A stretch of DNA of 64,000 nt, from positions 1 to 64,000 of the IMG/VR virus record IMGVR_UViG_2737471636_000001; one strand, 5' to 3'. The notes beneath the pieces are model-generated. The model searched no databases. It worked only from the letters and a program-made list of their open reading frames with translations, and was not told the DNA's origin. Source of the stretch: a virus (Duplodnaviria > Caudoviricetes). The position numbers were made by a program, and so were the translations under genes. This document shows positions 18,901 through 29,137 of the stretch, piece by piece; within the stretch, counting starts at the first letter, position 1; each line of letters begins with the position of its first letter.

Positions 18901-19324
18901 ATAATTAAGTTATAAAAGTAAAGCGGACAAGTCATTCAAACAAATAAGATATCATTGCCAGCTAAATAAATTACTGAATCAAGTGCACGAATATTATATC
19001 CTAAGCACAGAAAATCTATATTTCATGGATTAAGCAACATACTATATTTAATAGTTAGTGTCATTTAATAGAAATCAATGCAACTGAAGTTAACCGTTTT
19101 CTGAGTAAACCTGCTTAATCTTGGCCACCATCTAGTATCGGCTAGCCATTATCGGGAATTGGAACAAAGAGCTTTTGCGTTTTGCAAAAAAAATTACGTT
19201 AACAAAAAGGCTGCAATTTCAATGTTGGGTGCCTCGTGAAAATTAACTTGGTGTCAGATCGTATCAAGATAAATTTAGCGCGGTGCCGAATCAAATTTGC
19301 CAACACACTTAGGGCGTTTTGTTA

Positions 19325-21151
19325 TCATTTGCTGCCACTCTCCGCTGCCGACAATAATTCTGTGAGAATATCAGCCGCATCATTCAATTCCTTATCAAGC
19401 GCTTCCATTAAACCCGCTTGCTCAATCCTGGCGGCGATCTCATCCAGACGCTCGTTGAATCGATGGATATCTGTTTCTGCTTTCAACGATTCCAGTTCTG
19501 ATTTAAATCCTGACTTGTCGTCACTCTCTGGAGATGCATACTCGGGGGTTTCGGTCGTTTCAGCAGGATCATTATTCTCACTCGGTTCGTCACTGGCCTG
19601 GGTGCCCTGGGTTTCATCTTCGCTGTCCGTGCCTTTAATCTGGCCAATGGTTTTAGGTGTCCAGTGAAAATCTAGCTCTACACCATGCTGAATTATTTCC
19701 TCGATATTGATGTATCCGAGCTCGCCGCCATCACCAAAGATATCCGCAAAACCGAAAGCCTGTAATTGGTCATCCTCCATATCCTTTTCGGTTATGTACC
19801 AATTGCCGGATCCCTTGAAATAGTGCAGATAAGCAATCGCCTTATCGGCCATACCATCCTGGCCGAAAGTTTTTGGCATGGTTTGAATTACATTAGCTAT
19901 TTCGACCATCTTATCTTTAAAGAATTGACCTTCCTCCCCACGAATTAAGGAACCGACGGCTGATAGTTGCGCGGCACCAATGAAGTTTTTCAGCAAAGGC
20001 ATTAAGTTGTTAACATCGGCCATAGTGATTTGTGGTTTCACCTCTGGCTCCAGGTCTTTTTGCTGCTCGTCAATGATGCTCACAGGCACGACAGTGGTGG
20101 CGCCGTTAATCAATTTAAGAGCTGAAAGCGCCCCATCGGAAAAGGTACCTTTGTAGTCGCTATGGATTTTGTCGTACTCAGCCCTGGTCATTGGCCACAT
20201 TCCATTAGCGTCAAGTCCGTTTTTGTCCAATACACCAACACTTCTAACACCCAAAGCATCACGTATTTCCTGAATCCTCTTAACCATCTTCAGCTTTTCC
20301 ATGCCAGATTGAACGGTTTGAAGATTCGCGCGGATACTTCCGGCTTCTTTAATCAGCTTTATTTTTTCTAATCCAGATATGCCGTCAAGCATCATATCCG
20401 TTAATTTTCTAATTTCATCAGTGATAATTGCGGAATCAAACGCATCCCTAGGCTGATTGTCTATTTCGGGAAATTTTGCCTTCATTTCTGGCGTGCGTAG
20501 CAGGTTACGTGCCCCTGTATGGCGTATACGCTTGGTTAAGTAATCGCTAATTACACGCGCATCATGCTGATAATCCGCAAGTCTCTGTTTTTGTTTTGGC
20601 GTGATATCTTCGATTCCGGCTTTTCGATTAATTGCGATATCGATGAGCTCACGCAACTTGCGTTTGGCATCATCTTTATCCATTACCTGTCCGGTGGCGG
20701 CCCATCCATAAATTGAAGTTGGCACCTTGGCTTTTTCAAAGTCCGACGCAATGAATTCACGAAAATATTTGATCAGCTGATTGGTGGCCGCTATCGATTT
20801 CTTGTCTGCATCTGAGTACACGCCATCCAAAACATCACTTTCTGTGACTGCTTCATCATTTTGCATAGCGCTATCCTCTTGCGTATACGACATAAAATCA
20901 TCCAATGGAGGGATAACCTCTATCCCGCTATTTAAGGGTTGGCAAAATCCGTACAGATCATTGGGAGTCAATTTAAGGCTATCCAACAAATGTCCGTGTT
21001 CGCCGCTAATTTGATTGATGAACAACCAGTCTTTAAAAAAACCGATTGCCAATTCATTGCCGCTGTATTCAATCGGTATATCCTCATCTTCAGAGAAGAT
21101 CGCGTCGAATTGACCGGCTGGCGTAAGAACCTTATAAACACTACTCATCAT
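19325..21151 (-). CDS. Polyvalent head-packaged protein (DUF2958-like domain, DarA-C-like tail)
   Basis: HYF..WYITE..FGFADIFG..ELGYINIEEI DUF2958-like; C-terminus resembles that of the DarA-like gene; last gene of the darA operon. Confidence 0.6.
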   Translation of the reverse strand: MMSSVYKVLTPAGQFDAIFSEDEDIPIEYSGNELAIGFFKDWLFINQISGEHGHLLDSLKLTPNDLYGFCQPLNSGIEVIPPLDDFMSYTQEDSAMQNDEAVTESDVLDGVYSDADKKSIAATNQLIKYFREFIASDFEKAKVPTSIYGWAATGQVMDKDDAKRKLRELIDIAINRKAGIEDITPKQKQRLADYQHDARVISDYLTKRIRHTGARNLLRTPEMKAKFPEIDNQPRDAFDSAIITDEIRKLTDMMLDGISGLEKIKLIKEAGSIRANLQTVQSGMEKLKMVKRIQEIRDALGVRSVGVLDKNGLDANGMWPMTRAEYDKIHSDYKGTFSDGALSALKLINGATTVVPVSIIDEQQKDLEPEVKPQITMADVNNLMPLLKNFIGAAQLSAVGSLIRGEEGQFFKDKMVEIANVIQTMPKTFGQDGMADKAIAYLHYFKGSGNWYITEKDMEDDQLQAFGFADIFGDGGELGYINIEEIIQHGVELDFHWTPKTIGQIKGTDSEDETQGTQASDEPSENNDPAETTETPEYASPESDDKSGFKSELESLKAETDIHRFNERLDEIAARIEQAGLMEALDKELNDAADILTELLSAAESGSK

Positions 21152-23064
21152 GATTGTTCACCCTGTAATTCCTTGGCCATTTCTATTACTTTGTCTTTCC
21201 TTGCCGCTATGTTGTAGAGAACGCCAATAATGTTGTTATCTCGCATACTTGATATGCGCAAAAAGGCTTTTAAAGTGAGCATATCGCCATGCACTGCCAC
21301 TGAAGTTGGTATATTTCTGCGTCCAGGCTCTCCCGGATAAACGAATGACCCGGATTGGCTTGTAAAGGCGACTCCAAACCCATTGGCAACACGCTTAGTA
21401 AAAGGATTTTTGAACTTGCCGGTAAATACTCTATAGCTACCCCAAGAGCCAATGTATTTGGCTTTTGGATCGGCCAGGCCACCCCACTTGCCAAGTAGAT
21501 TTTCCTGGTCAATCCGATCAAGATCGCTAAACCAGCTATTACCAACAATCTCAACGCCCTCAGATAGCTTTTCTAGCGCTTTTTCATATTCCGATTGCTC
21601 TATATCGCGCCTTCCCTGTACTATGTCCTTTGCCTGGTCTTGAAGGGATTGGAATAACTTCATGGCCGGGGTTAGATCGGCCTGCAAGTATCCAGCCATC
21701 AGCGCCGCCATTTCCGGATCCTTGGAGGCCAGCATTGCTGCGTCGTATGGATTTGCCAGATACTGAATTCCCATTGCCCATACTTCAGTGGTTTGATCCC
21801 GGTAGACTTTGCCCACATACGGGTCGATAAAATCATCCTTGTAGGCACCTTCGTTGCTTCGGTATCCCAGATTGCCGGTCAATGATCTCAATGAAAATAC
21901 TTTGTCGCTCTCGCGCCTTTTTAGCAGATAACCATTGGCCGCAGACTTGGCGGCGGAATCAGCTTCAAGATGATGAGCCATTTCATGCCACAAAACGGAT
22001 TTATTAAAACCATTTCCAGGATTGATTGAGGCATCCTCAAAATGACCGATACCCTTCGCGTGCGCACGTCCACTACGCTCGGATTCAATCTTTATGAGCC
22101 TCAGTTTGCCGCCTGAGATACGATAGAATTCAGCCATGTCTCTACGCACATCAGCTTCCGGGTACCCTGCTTTTTTGAGTCTCGCTATTGCCGATTTCCC
22201 AATTACCTGGCTGTTCGCCCAGGATTCAGCCTGTTCTTTGGTTACTTTTGAGGTATCAACAATGGCATCTATGATCTTCCTGCCGATTGGAGCGAGACTT
22301 TCTTTAAGTTCCTTGACCTGATTTTTTCTGATCTCATGCCTTTGTCTGTTAAGGGATATCAATTTATCCCAAGCCTCTTGCTTTTTAATGGAAGCAATCT
22401 CGAACATATTTGAAGCCTTTTCAATTGCTTCCTTGTCATATCCATTGGCTTCGTTTACCGCTAAAAGGTCCGTCAAGGCATGCCGCAACTTCTCGTACTC
22501 TTTCTGAGCCTCTTCCTGTTGCGCGATGATTTCGGGTGTATTTTCCAGCGGCTTGTATGACAGTTCCTTGATTTCATCTTCAATGGATTTGATTCTATCC
22601 GCATCAACATCAAAAACATTTCCAGCCGATTTGTAGTGGTCAAAAGCGGCCATTTCAGCAGCGCCGCCAGCGGGAATGCGAAGATCAGCGTAAGCATCCA
22701 TCCAATCAGAATTAGCTTCCTGATACGCCCTTTCGTCACTCCCTCTTGAAAGCATTTTGATTATCTTTCTTAAGGTATCCGCTTCAGCTCCACGCAACGA
22801 CTCAGGTACCGCAGAAATCCCGTTGCGCAGGTAATCAGTTAGCTTTTTAATTGATTCCGCAGGGTTGGTTGGATCAATTGACAGGATTGCAACCGGCCTG
22901 TCAAAAGCAATCGACAGAAGTTGCCGTATCTCGCGCACGCGCTTGACCAGGGTAAGTTTATTTACCCCGGCAACGCCAGGCAGATTCTTTCGAATCGTTC
23001 CGAGTTCTCGAACGAGTTTTATCTTTTCAGACCCGCTCAAATCATCAAGCGCCAGTAGCGTCAT
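21148..23064 (-). CDS. DdrB-like protein with zincin metallopeptidase domain
   Basis: VLWHEMAHHLE (HExxH), YVGKVY, TEVWAMG; downstream of darA as in P1. Confidence 0.7.
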   Translation of the reverse strand: MTLLALDDLSGSEKIKLVRELGTIRKNLPGVAGVNKLTLVKRVREIRQLLSIAFDRPVAILSIDPTNPAESIKKLTDYLRNGISAVPESLRGAEADTLRKIIKMLSRGSDERAYQEANSDWMDAYADLRIPAGGAAEMAAFDHYKSAGNVFDVDADRIKSIEDEIKELSYKPLENTPEIIAQQEEAQKEYEKLRHALTDLLAVNEANGYDKEAIEKASNMFEIASIKKQEAWDKLISLNRQRHEIRKNQVKELKESLAPIGRKIIDAIVDTSKVTKEQAESWANSQVIGKSAIARLKKAGYPEADVRRDMAEFYRISGGKLRLIKIESERSGRAHAKGIGHFEDASINPGNGFNKSVLWHEMAHHLEADSAAKSAANGYLLKRRESDKVFSLRSLTGNLGYRSNEGAYKDDFIDPYVGKVYRDQTTEVWAMGIQYLANPYDAAMLASKDPEMAALMAGYLQADLTPAMKLFQSLQDQAKDIVQGRRDIEQSEYEKALEKLSEGVEIVGNSWFSDLDRIDQENLLGKWGGLADPKAKYIGSWGSYRVFTGKFKNPFTKRVANGFGVAFTSQSGSFVYPGEPGRRNIPTSVAVHGDMLTLKAFLRISSMRDNNIIGVLYNIAARKDKVIEMAKELQGEQS

Positions 23065-23067
23065 TTC

Positions 23068-25248
23068 TTACCCGTTTGCTTGTTGATCCAATTCAGCCCA
23101 TTTTTCAGCGGCGCCACCTATTAATTCATCACTTTCACCGCCAAGACCGGCATCGATCAGTGCTTGAGCGGATACTTCGATCTCATCAAGCAATTTCATG
23201 AGGTCGCTTGCATTGCTAGTGCCGTCAACTACGGATTTCAGGAATGCTTTTGCGGCTGCTATCTCTGCGGATTCCTTCGTTTCAAGGATTTTTTCACTTT
23301 CGCCGTTCTGTGTTTCAGTGGTTGCTTCGGTTTCTACAGCTGGCTCTATTACCTCTGGCTCTGGTTTCAGCTCTGCTTTAATTGGAACGCAAGCATCGAT
23401 TTCTTTGGCAATCTGCTCGGGTGTTTTGGTTAGATCGTCAGTTATCCGAGTCTCTGGATTAACACTCGCATTCTCTGCTAATCCGGTAACAGACTTAACA
23501 ACAGCCGTTAATCCAACAACATTCTTTCCTGCACCAACCTGCTTATAATCAAATGAAGTTTGATAAAAAGTATCTCCAGATGATTTACCTAAAACCGAAT
23601 CATTTTTTTCGCCATTCCAACCAAGATCACGCAGCGCATTCCTAACAGCAACAATCCGCTCTTGGAAAAACGCATCAAGTACATCCTGGTACTTATCTTG
23701 CAACTCAGTACTGGCCGATATCCTGGCGTACCCTTCCAGGCTGATCGGGTCAATTTTGACTTCACTCTCAAACGCTTTGGTTGTCATGGAAACGATTTCA
23801 TCAGCAATCTGATCTGCTGTTTTACTGGAAACAACAGCAACCATTCCAACATCAACCCAAGTACCAGAAACATTATCAAGTCGCTCAACCTTGAATCCAT
23901 TGCCGTCACCTGATGCCCGGTAGTTGTTTATTGTCATGGCCGCGCCTGCAGCGAATCCTTTCCAGCCCATTTTCGATAGGGATTCACGCACAGCGATTTG
24001 CAAATTCTCTTTCCGGCTTGAGTTATCAGCAGCCTCAACCTTGACCACTTCCAATTCATGCTGCGCATCGGCAAGCTCTTTTTCCAGCGCGGTTATTTCA
24101 TCCTTTAACCCCTGTATGTTTTGCATCCGCTCAGAACGCTTCGTATTAGCACGCGCGAAGGCCGGGCTATTCTTTTCTGCCAGTCTCATAATGCGACGCG
24201 CAACTTCACGCACATTCAGGTCTTGGCCGCGCTCGGGCGCCACAACAATCGTGATATCTTTCTTGTTAAGCAACCACTTCCAAGAAATAATCTCATCCGT
24301 AGGTGCCATTTTCTTTGGCGTTACATCGGGGTTGTGAAAGTAAATAGATACCGTTTGCCCATCAGATAACTCAAATACCACCGCTATATTGGCCGTGCCG
24401 CGCTGACTGAATGGATCGGATATTTGCATGGATTCCACCTTGACTGACTTACCGGCACGCTCCATTACGCCACGCAAAAGTTCCATCTTGCGTTCCAGTC
24501 GCACAAAAGGAGTAACCAGCGCATCCAGAGCCAGGACGCCATCGGAATCTTCAATAATGTCGTTGATGCTGATCGAATCTAGCAATAGGTTTTCGCCTGA
24601 ATCTGATTGCCTAATTTCATACAATACTTGGTCAAGCGTTTGATCGTAAGGCAACGCATCGCTATTCCATTGAACTCTTTTGGTCATGGCTTCCAGTCCT
24701 TCTTGAGGTAAATTTTTTGCACGCAGCGGTTGACTCATATCACCGTTCTTGAGCCACCACTTAAATTGAGAAATTGATAGTGGAACGATACTTTCCATTC
24801 CGTTCCACCCGCGATCGTAGCTTCCCAGGTACGAATTACGAGCTGAATCTTCATCTGGAAATCCAAGCATTGTTTTGTGCTCATCGAAACGGCCATCAAT
24901 GAACTGGTTAATCACATAAGCCGTCTCTGATTGCAGAAACGGACCCAGGAAACAATCAACACCATCCCCATCATTTCCTTTTGTCTGGCTGATGTATCCA
25001 TAGTGCGCAGCCATGCGAGAAGTCCACCGTTTGCCGGTCTCTGAATCAATGCCGGTCCGGTAGGCGCCACGTGGCTGTTCAATGGCGATTGCAAGCCCCT
25101 GGAAATTGACTCTGCCCATTTTGTAGTTGCCTGACTTGCGTTGCGCTTCAGTCGGCTCAGGAATCGAATTGGCACCAAAAGCGCCGCCATGAGCAGCGTT
25201 TTCAATATTAATGAATTGGGTATCAGTGGAATGTGTCATAAACGGCAT
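23068..25248 (-). CDS. darA: DarA-like protein with N-terminal inorganic-pyrophosphatase-like (InPase) domain
   Basis: HYGYI..GNDGDGVDCFLG..FDEHKTMLGF (InPase); FELSDGQTVSIYFHNPD..WLLNKKDITIVVAPERG (DarA_N); true start may be ATG 25239. Confidence 0.8.
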   Translation of the reverse strand: MPFMTHSTDTQFINIENAAHGGAFGANSIPEPTEAQRKSGNYKMGRVNFQGLAIAIEQPRGAYRTGIDSETGKRWTSRMAAHYGYISQTKGNDGDGVDCFLGPFLQSETAYVINQFIDGRFDEHKTMLGFPDEDSARNSYLGSYDRGWNGMESIVPLSISQFKWWLKNGDMSQPLRAKNLPQEGLEAMTKRVQWNSDALPYDQTLDQVLYEIRQSDSGENLLLDSISINDIIEDSDGVLALDALVTPFVRLERKMELLRGVMERAGKSVKVESMQISDPFSQRGTANIAVVFELSDGQTVSIYFHNPDVTPKKMAPTDEIISWKWLLNKKDITIVVAPERGQDLNVREVARRIMRLAEKNSPAFARANTKRSERMQNIQGLKDEITALEKELADAQHELEVVKVEAADNSSRKENLQIAVRESLSKMGWKGFAAGAAMTINNYRASGDGNGFKVERLDNVSGTWVDVGMVAVVSSKTADQIADEIVSMTTKAFESEVKIDPISLEGYARISASTELQDKYQDVLDAFFQERIVAVRNALRDLGWNGEKNDSVLGKSSGDTFYQTSFDYKQVGAGKNVVGLTAVVKSVTGLAENASVNPETRITDDLTKTPEQIAKEIDACVPIKAELKPEPEVIEPAVETEATTETQNGESEKILETKESAEIAAAKAFLKSVVDGTSNASDLMKLLDEIEVSAQALIDAGLGGESDELIGGAAEKWAELDQQANG

Positions 25249-25286
25249 GGTAAGCCGTCCGCAGAGTAATATTTGGGTGGTTTTCC
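25247..25286 (-). promoter_or_regulatory. Putative late promoter GGAAAA-N28-TACCAT for the darA operon
   Basis: Shared motif and spacing. Confidence 0.7.
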
Positions 25287-25300
25287 GGTTAGAGATTTAC

Positions 25301-25330
25301 TTGACAATATATCTTTATTGATATATCTAT
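25301..25330 (+). promoter_or_regulatory. hicAB promoter with palindromic operator ATATATC-N6-GATATAT
   Basis: TTGACA at 25301 followed directly by the palindrome. Confidence 0.6.
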
Positions 25331-25335
25331 ACATA

Positions 25336-25521
25336 ATGAACGGTAAACAAGTTATTAAGAAACTGCAAGCGGAAGGATGGATACTCGAAAGAGTGAATGG
25401 GAGTCATCACATCCTACGCAAAGGTAATGTGTCAGTTACCGTTCCCGTTCACGGAACGAAGGACCTAAAAAAAGGAACTTTTTCATCAATCATGAAAGAA
25501 ACCGGAGTGAGATTGAAATGA
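25336..25521 (+). CDS. hicA: HicA-family toxin
   Basis: GW.LERVNGSHH..VTVPVHG.KDLKKGT..I.K..G. Confidence 0.9.
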   Translation: MNGKQVIKKLQAEGWILERVNGSHHILRKGNVSVTVPVHGTKDLKKGTFSSIMKETGVRLK

Positions 25522-25934
25522 ATACGCTTTTTCCTGCAATATTTACGCCTGAAGAACCATCGGGATTTTCTGTTCAATTCGTAGACATACCGGGCGCAAT
25601 CACTGAAGGCGAGACCATAGAAGAATGCTTGTTCAACGCTGCTGAAGCATTGAGCGGAGTTATTGAATCTTATATTAAGAATGGCCAAGAAATTCCTCGC
25701 CCATCAAAAAACGTCAAGGATGCTTATTACATCGCGCCAGATGTGAAAATACAGTCTGCCCTGCTGATTAGGTGGGCTCGTGGTGACAAATCTCTTGCTG
25801 AGATTGCGAGAGTGCTTGAGACATCCTGGCCAGCCGCGCAACGATTGGAAAACCCTAATCACTGGGCAACCCTTAAACAGCTTGATAAAGCCGCCGCAGC
25901 ACTAGGCAAAAAATTGGTGCTTTCTTTGGAATAA
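25518..25934 (+). CDS. hicB: HicB-family antitoxin with C-terminal HTH
   Basis: FSVQFVDIPGAITEGETIEE; ATGA overlap with hicA. Confidence 0.9.
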   Translation: MNTLFPAIFTPEEPSGFSVQFVDIPGAITEGETIEECLFNAAEALSGVIESYIKNGQEIPRPSKNVKDAYYIAPDVKIQSALLIRWARGDKSLAEIARVLETSWPAAQRLENPNHWATLKQLDKAAAALGKKLVLSLE

Positions 25935-25960
25935 ACGAAATTTATCTGTTTTTGTGTTAA

Positions 25961-26413
25961 CTACAACGGATTTGCGCCGCACCATCCGTTACGCTTTCCA
26001 CCACTATATGGACGCGCCAATCCTTTGCTGATCATAGCCGAGCCCACGTCAACTCCATCCACAAATACCGCAGCATTTATCCTGAAGTATTTATCCCTGC
26101 GCACGTTGCGTAACTCCACGTCCTTTGCATTCAGTAACAAATGAGCTAGATACGCTCTGGAATCCATGGCGCCGCTTTTTTCCTGCGCACATTTTCCCCT
26201 CAGCTCAGGTGCGTCAATTCCGTTTATTCGCACGGGTATCTTGCTGCAAAGAATGTTCGGGCAGTCACCGTCGATATTGATCGTAAAAGTATCGCCGTCA
26301 TAAACCTTTATGATTGAGCCAGGCTTAATTGTTTCACCGGCATACGCCGGGTGATCGCAGCCAACAAACACGGTTAATATGAGTAAAGAAATCGCTAATT
26401 TTTCTAATTTCAT
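25961..26413 (-). CDS. Thermonuclease (SNase) family exported protein
   Basis: Signal/lipobox-like N-terminus, VYDGDT, VRINGIDAPE, DKYFR. Confidence 0.9.
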   Translation of the reverse strand: MKLEKLAISLLILTVFVGCDHPAYAGETIKPGSIIKVYDGDTFTINIDGDCPNILCSKIPVRINGIDAPELRGKCAQEKSGAMDSRAYLAHLLLNAKDVELRNVRRDKYFRINAAVFVDGVDVGSAMISKGLARPYSGGKRNGWCGANPL

Positions 26414-26898
26414 GATGGCACCATTCCTAGATTTAGTTTTTCGATCTCTGCCCTGACTTCGCTAATAGCAACCTTTAGGGCATCTCTTTTGCTGGTTAAA
26501 ACCTGCTCCATCTTAGGTGCAGCCGTGCGTATCCCTGCGGGTGGTCTTATTTTTACCGCAGCCATTAACTTTTGAAACTTGGTGCGACCGGAATCCATCG
26601 CAGCAACGATCTCGGTTATTGCCTTGACATGATCGTCTTGGTTCTTAATTGGTAGAATCTTGCCGTTCAGCAATACCTGGTAAATATCGCCGGTTTGCTT
26701 TATCCGCAGAATCACCTTCTGAGAATCAGCAAAAGTAAGTAGCATTTCACGGAAACTGATACCTGCAGCACGCTTCGCAGTGGTTGATACATCTTGCTGA
26801 ACGACATGCGCACCGGCACGTGAGAAATATTTCGCTGCTTCTTTGGCGGCTTTATCTTTAACGCTCATATCACCAAAACTAAAAAGTATTTTATCCAC
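26410..26898 (-). CDS. Hdf-like (DarA N-domain homologue) protein
   Basis: FADSQKV..GDIYQVLLNGKILP motif typical of DarA-related proteins. Confidence 0.65.
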   Translation of the reverse strand: MDKILFSFGDMSVKDKAAKEAAKYFSRAGAHVVQQDVSTTAKRAAGISFREMLLTFADSQKVILRIKQTGDIYQVLLNGKILPIKNQDDHVKAITEIVAAMDSGRTKFQKLMAAVKIRPPAGIRTAAPKMEQVLTSKRDALKVAISEVRAEIEKLNLGMVPS

Positions 26899-26926
26899 TT
26901 CACACTCTCCGTTTAATCATTCAGAA

Positions 26927-27439
26927 TTAATTTGGCACGTTAGTATTTGATGAGCCGGACTCAACGTCTCCGTGGGTGTGCGTTGACCCAACATTCACAT
27001 CATTGTGAGTTAACGAACTGCCAACCACGGCTGTATCGCCATTGACGATCACGTTGGCTGCATTGATCTCCACGGTCTCTGCATTCAATTTCACCATTCC
27101 ATCCGCTGTTATCTCTATATTCGCATGGTGAAACCGCCTCCAATCTATGGAATTTCCCACTTGAGGATTTCGATAGCCGGTAATTATTGGATATCTGGAA
27201 TCACCACCTATGAAGGCAATCCATACCGTATCACCCGGCAATATTTCGATCTCAGTGGTATTCGCTCCGGACCTTGCTTTGTCACCAATGGGGTATTCAA
27301 TTTCAGCTTCGGGAAACACGTCCGCGCCATCAGTTACGCCGGGTATTTCTATCCGGCATGTACGTCTGTCCTGGTCGTAGGATTTAACGATTGCGGGGTA
27401 GCGTCCTGGCATCTTCCCGTAATTTATTGCTGCAGTCAT
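26927..27439 (-). CDS. Baseplate central spike (gpV/gp5-like)
   Basis: OB-fold with GDTVWIAFIGGD..YPIITG and C-terminal HTH(G) metal-binding tip. Confidence 0.85.
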   Translation of the reverse strand: MTAAINYGKMPGRYPAIVKSYDQDRRTCRIEIPGVTDGADVFPEAEIEYPIGDKARSGANTTEIEILPGDTVWIAFIGGDSRYPIITGYRNPQVGNSIDWRRFHHANIEITADGMVKLNAETVEINAANVIVNGDTAVVGSSLTHNDVNVGSTHTHGDVESGSSNTNVPN

Positions 27440-28338
27440 TAATCCTCCAAACTTCCAAGCCACAAACGGCTATTTTGATTGCTGCCGCTGCCGTCGGTGT
27501 CGTTCTCAAAAACGTGCGCGGCGGTAATGATGCTAAGTGGCACGCCATCAATAAAATTAATCAAGTCACCGGCTACCAACTTTGCATTCAGATTGATCTT
27601 TGTAACCTTCCTCTGGACTAGGCACCGCGACATGCTATACAGTCGCTGAACATTCTTAAATGGCGAGAATCGCACGCTACGTGGTTTTTGTTGGTTACCT
27701 ATCACAAAGGCGCCGGACTCATCCAGAGAATAGAACCAGGGGATCTCGTGACGCTCCAGAAATCCGCTATCAACGTCGTCGGATGCGTTGTTTGGCAGAT
27801 CCATCACCGCTTTTTGCTTAAACAGGTCCGGTAAACGAATAAAACTTATCGCACCTTTTTTCCAGCGAACAATGCCGCCCTCTTCCTGCAATGCTCGTGT
27901 TATATGGAAACTCGGGGTATCACCAATCGGGCAATAGAATCTCGGTACAGGAAAGTCAGCGTCAATGGCTTTTATGTTGGCGCCTGCCGCTCGATAGATG
28001 CCGGATAGTGCGGAATTTTCTTTGATAATCGCTCTGCTTCGCACAAATACGATGTTGTGACAGGCATCCAGTATCGCCGTAATTTGAATGGCTGACATTT
28101 CCCGTTCACCCTGTACCATCCTGTTTATAACTCTGTTTGACTTGATGATACGCAGTGCTTCGCCAGATTCCCCGCCAACGGTCAATATTTGACCTTCGGA
28201 TAGATACTTGGTCATATCATCATCGGTCCTGATCTCTGCTTCCAATGTTACCGGTACCGGCGACATGTCTGAGCGCAGAACGGCGGATTTTATTAGGTCG
28301 CCACGAATTTGGTTGCCATTGGATAGGTAAATAATCAT
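27439..28338 (-). CDS. Baseplate hub protein
   Basis: Immediately upstream of the spike gene; LRSD..PVPVTLE N-terminus. Confidence 0.6.
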   Translation of the reverse strand: MIIYLSNGNQIRGDLIKSAVLRSDMSPVPVTLEAEIRTDDDMTKYLSEGQILTVGGESGEALRIIKSNRVINRMVQGEREMSAIQITAILDACHNIVFVRSRAIIKENSALSGIYRAAGANIKAIDADFPVPRFYCPIGDTPSFHITRALQEEGGIVRWKKGAISFIRLPDLFKQKAVMDLPNNASDDVDSGFLERHEIPWFYSLDESGAFVIGNQQKPRSVRFSPFKNVQRLYSMSRCLVQRKVTKINLNAKLVAGDLINFIDGVPLSIITAAHVFENDTDGSGSNQNSRLWLGSLED

Positions 28339-28350
28339 GGCAAGGTATCT

Positions 28351-28737
28351 TTAGACTGTAACGATAGGCTGATAGAAGGCATTCATAGGCATGTTCAACT
28401 CAAGATTAGCGATATCCTGCGCAATCTCGCTTGTCGATCGCCCAAAAACATCCAGCCCCAGTCCACGCGAAGCCTCTTGATGAATAGCTGATTCTCGCTC
28501 GATGTAGAGAACAAAAAGCGGTTTTATTACAGACCACTCGGAATTGCTTAATTCGGTAGCTTCGGAAACAGCTGGTAATGACGGCTCCACTCCATCATTG
28601 GCAATGAGCTCTGCAAAACCGGCATAATATTTAACCGCCACCACCGCCTGAGCAAGCACGGTGGCAGGGTCAAGCACTACGCTGACTGGCCGTTCAACGG
28701 TAAGATAGTTATCGACCAATGAAGCAATAGTGTCCAT
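28351..28737 (-). CDS. Hypothetical virion morphogenesis protein
   Basis: 128 aa ORF in late operon. Confidence 0.6.
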   Translation of the reverse strand: MDTIASLVDNYLTVERPVSVVLDPATVLAQAVVAVKYYAGFAELIANDGVEPSLPAVSEATELSNSEWSVIKPLFVLYIERESAIHQEASRGLGLDVFGRSTSEIAQDIANLELNMPMNAFYQPIVTV

Positions 28738-28739
28738 CG

Positions 28740-29099
28740 TTAAGCGTTTGGTTCCATAATCAGGTAAGCAACGTCGCTGGTATCAGTTCCGCTACTGGAA
28801 GTGATGGTGAAGCTGGTGCCAGCTACACGCGCTGAAACACGAAGGAAGCCGGGCGTTCCGCCACCTACCTGAGAGGTCAGAAAGATTCGGCTATTGGCGG
28901 TTACTTTATCGTTGGCCACTACCGCAGAGCCACCAACAAGCGTTACCACACCCATAGGCTGATCCGCGCCATCATCCAACTTTGGCGTGGCTTTATTAAC
29001 GTAATTCTTGTCAACATCGGCTGCTGATATTACTTGATTCTCGGTGGCTCCCGGTGGGGTTGCTGCAGGAGCCCCTAGAAATGATGGTGCTATACTCAT
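28740..29099 (-). CDS. Small structural/decoration-like protein
   Basis: 119 aa; VTANSRIFLT..GTSFTITSS beta motif seen in virion proteins. Confidence 0.55.
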   Translation of the reverse strand: MSIAPSFLGAPAATPPGATENQVISAADVDKNYVNKATPKLDDGADQPMGVVTLVGGSAVVANDKVTANSRIFLTSQVGGGTPGFLRVSARVAGTSFTITSSSGTDTSDVAYLIMEPNA

Positions 29100-29137
29100 T
29101 CTTGATACCTCTTTGGTTGGTTAAAAAACTATTACTA

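Noticed and set aside
19236-19667. Antisense ORFs in the track (e.g. 19236-19667, 44933-45802, 63060-63574)
   Set aside because: Shadows of well-supported genes on the opposite strand with no recognisable motifs
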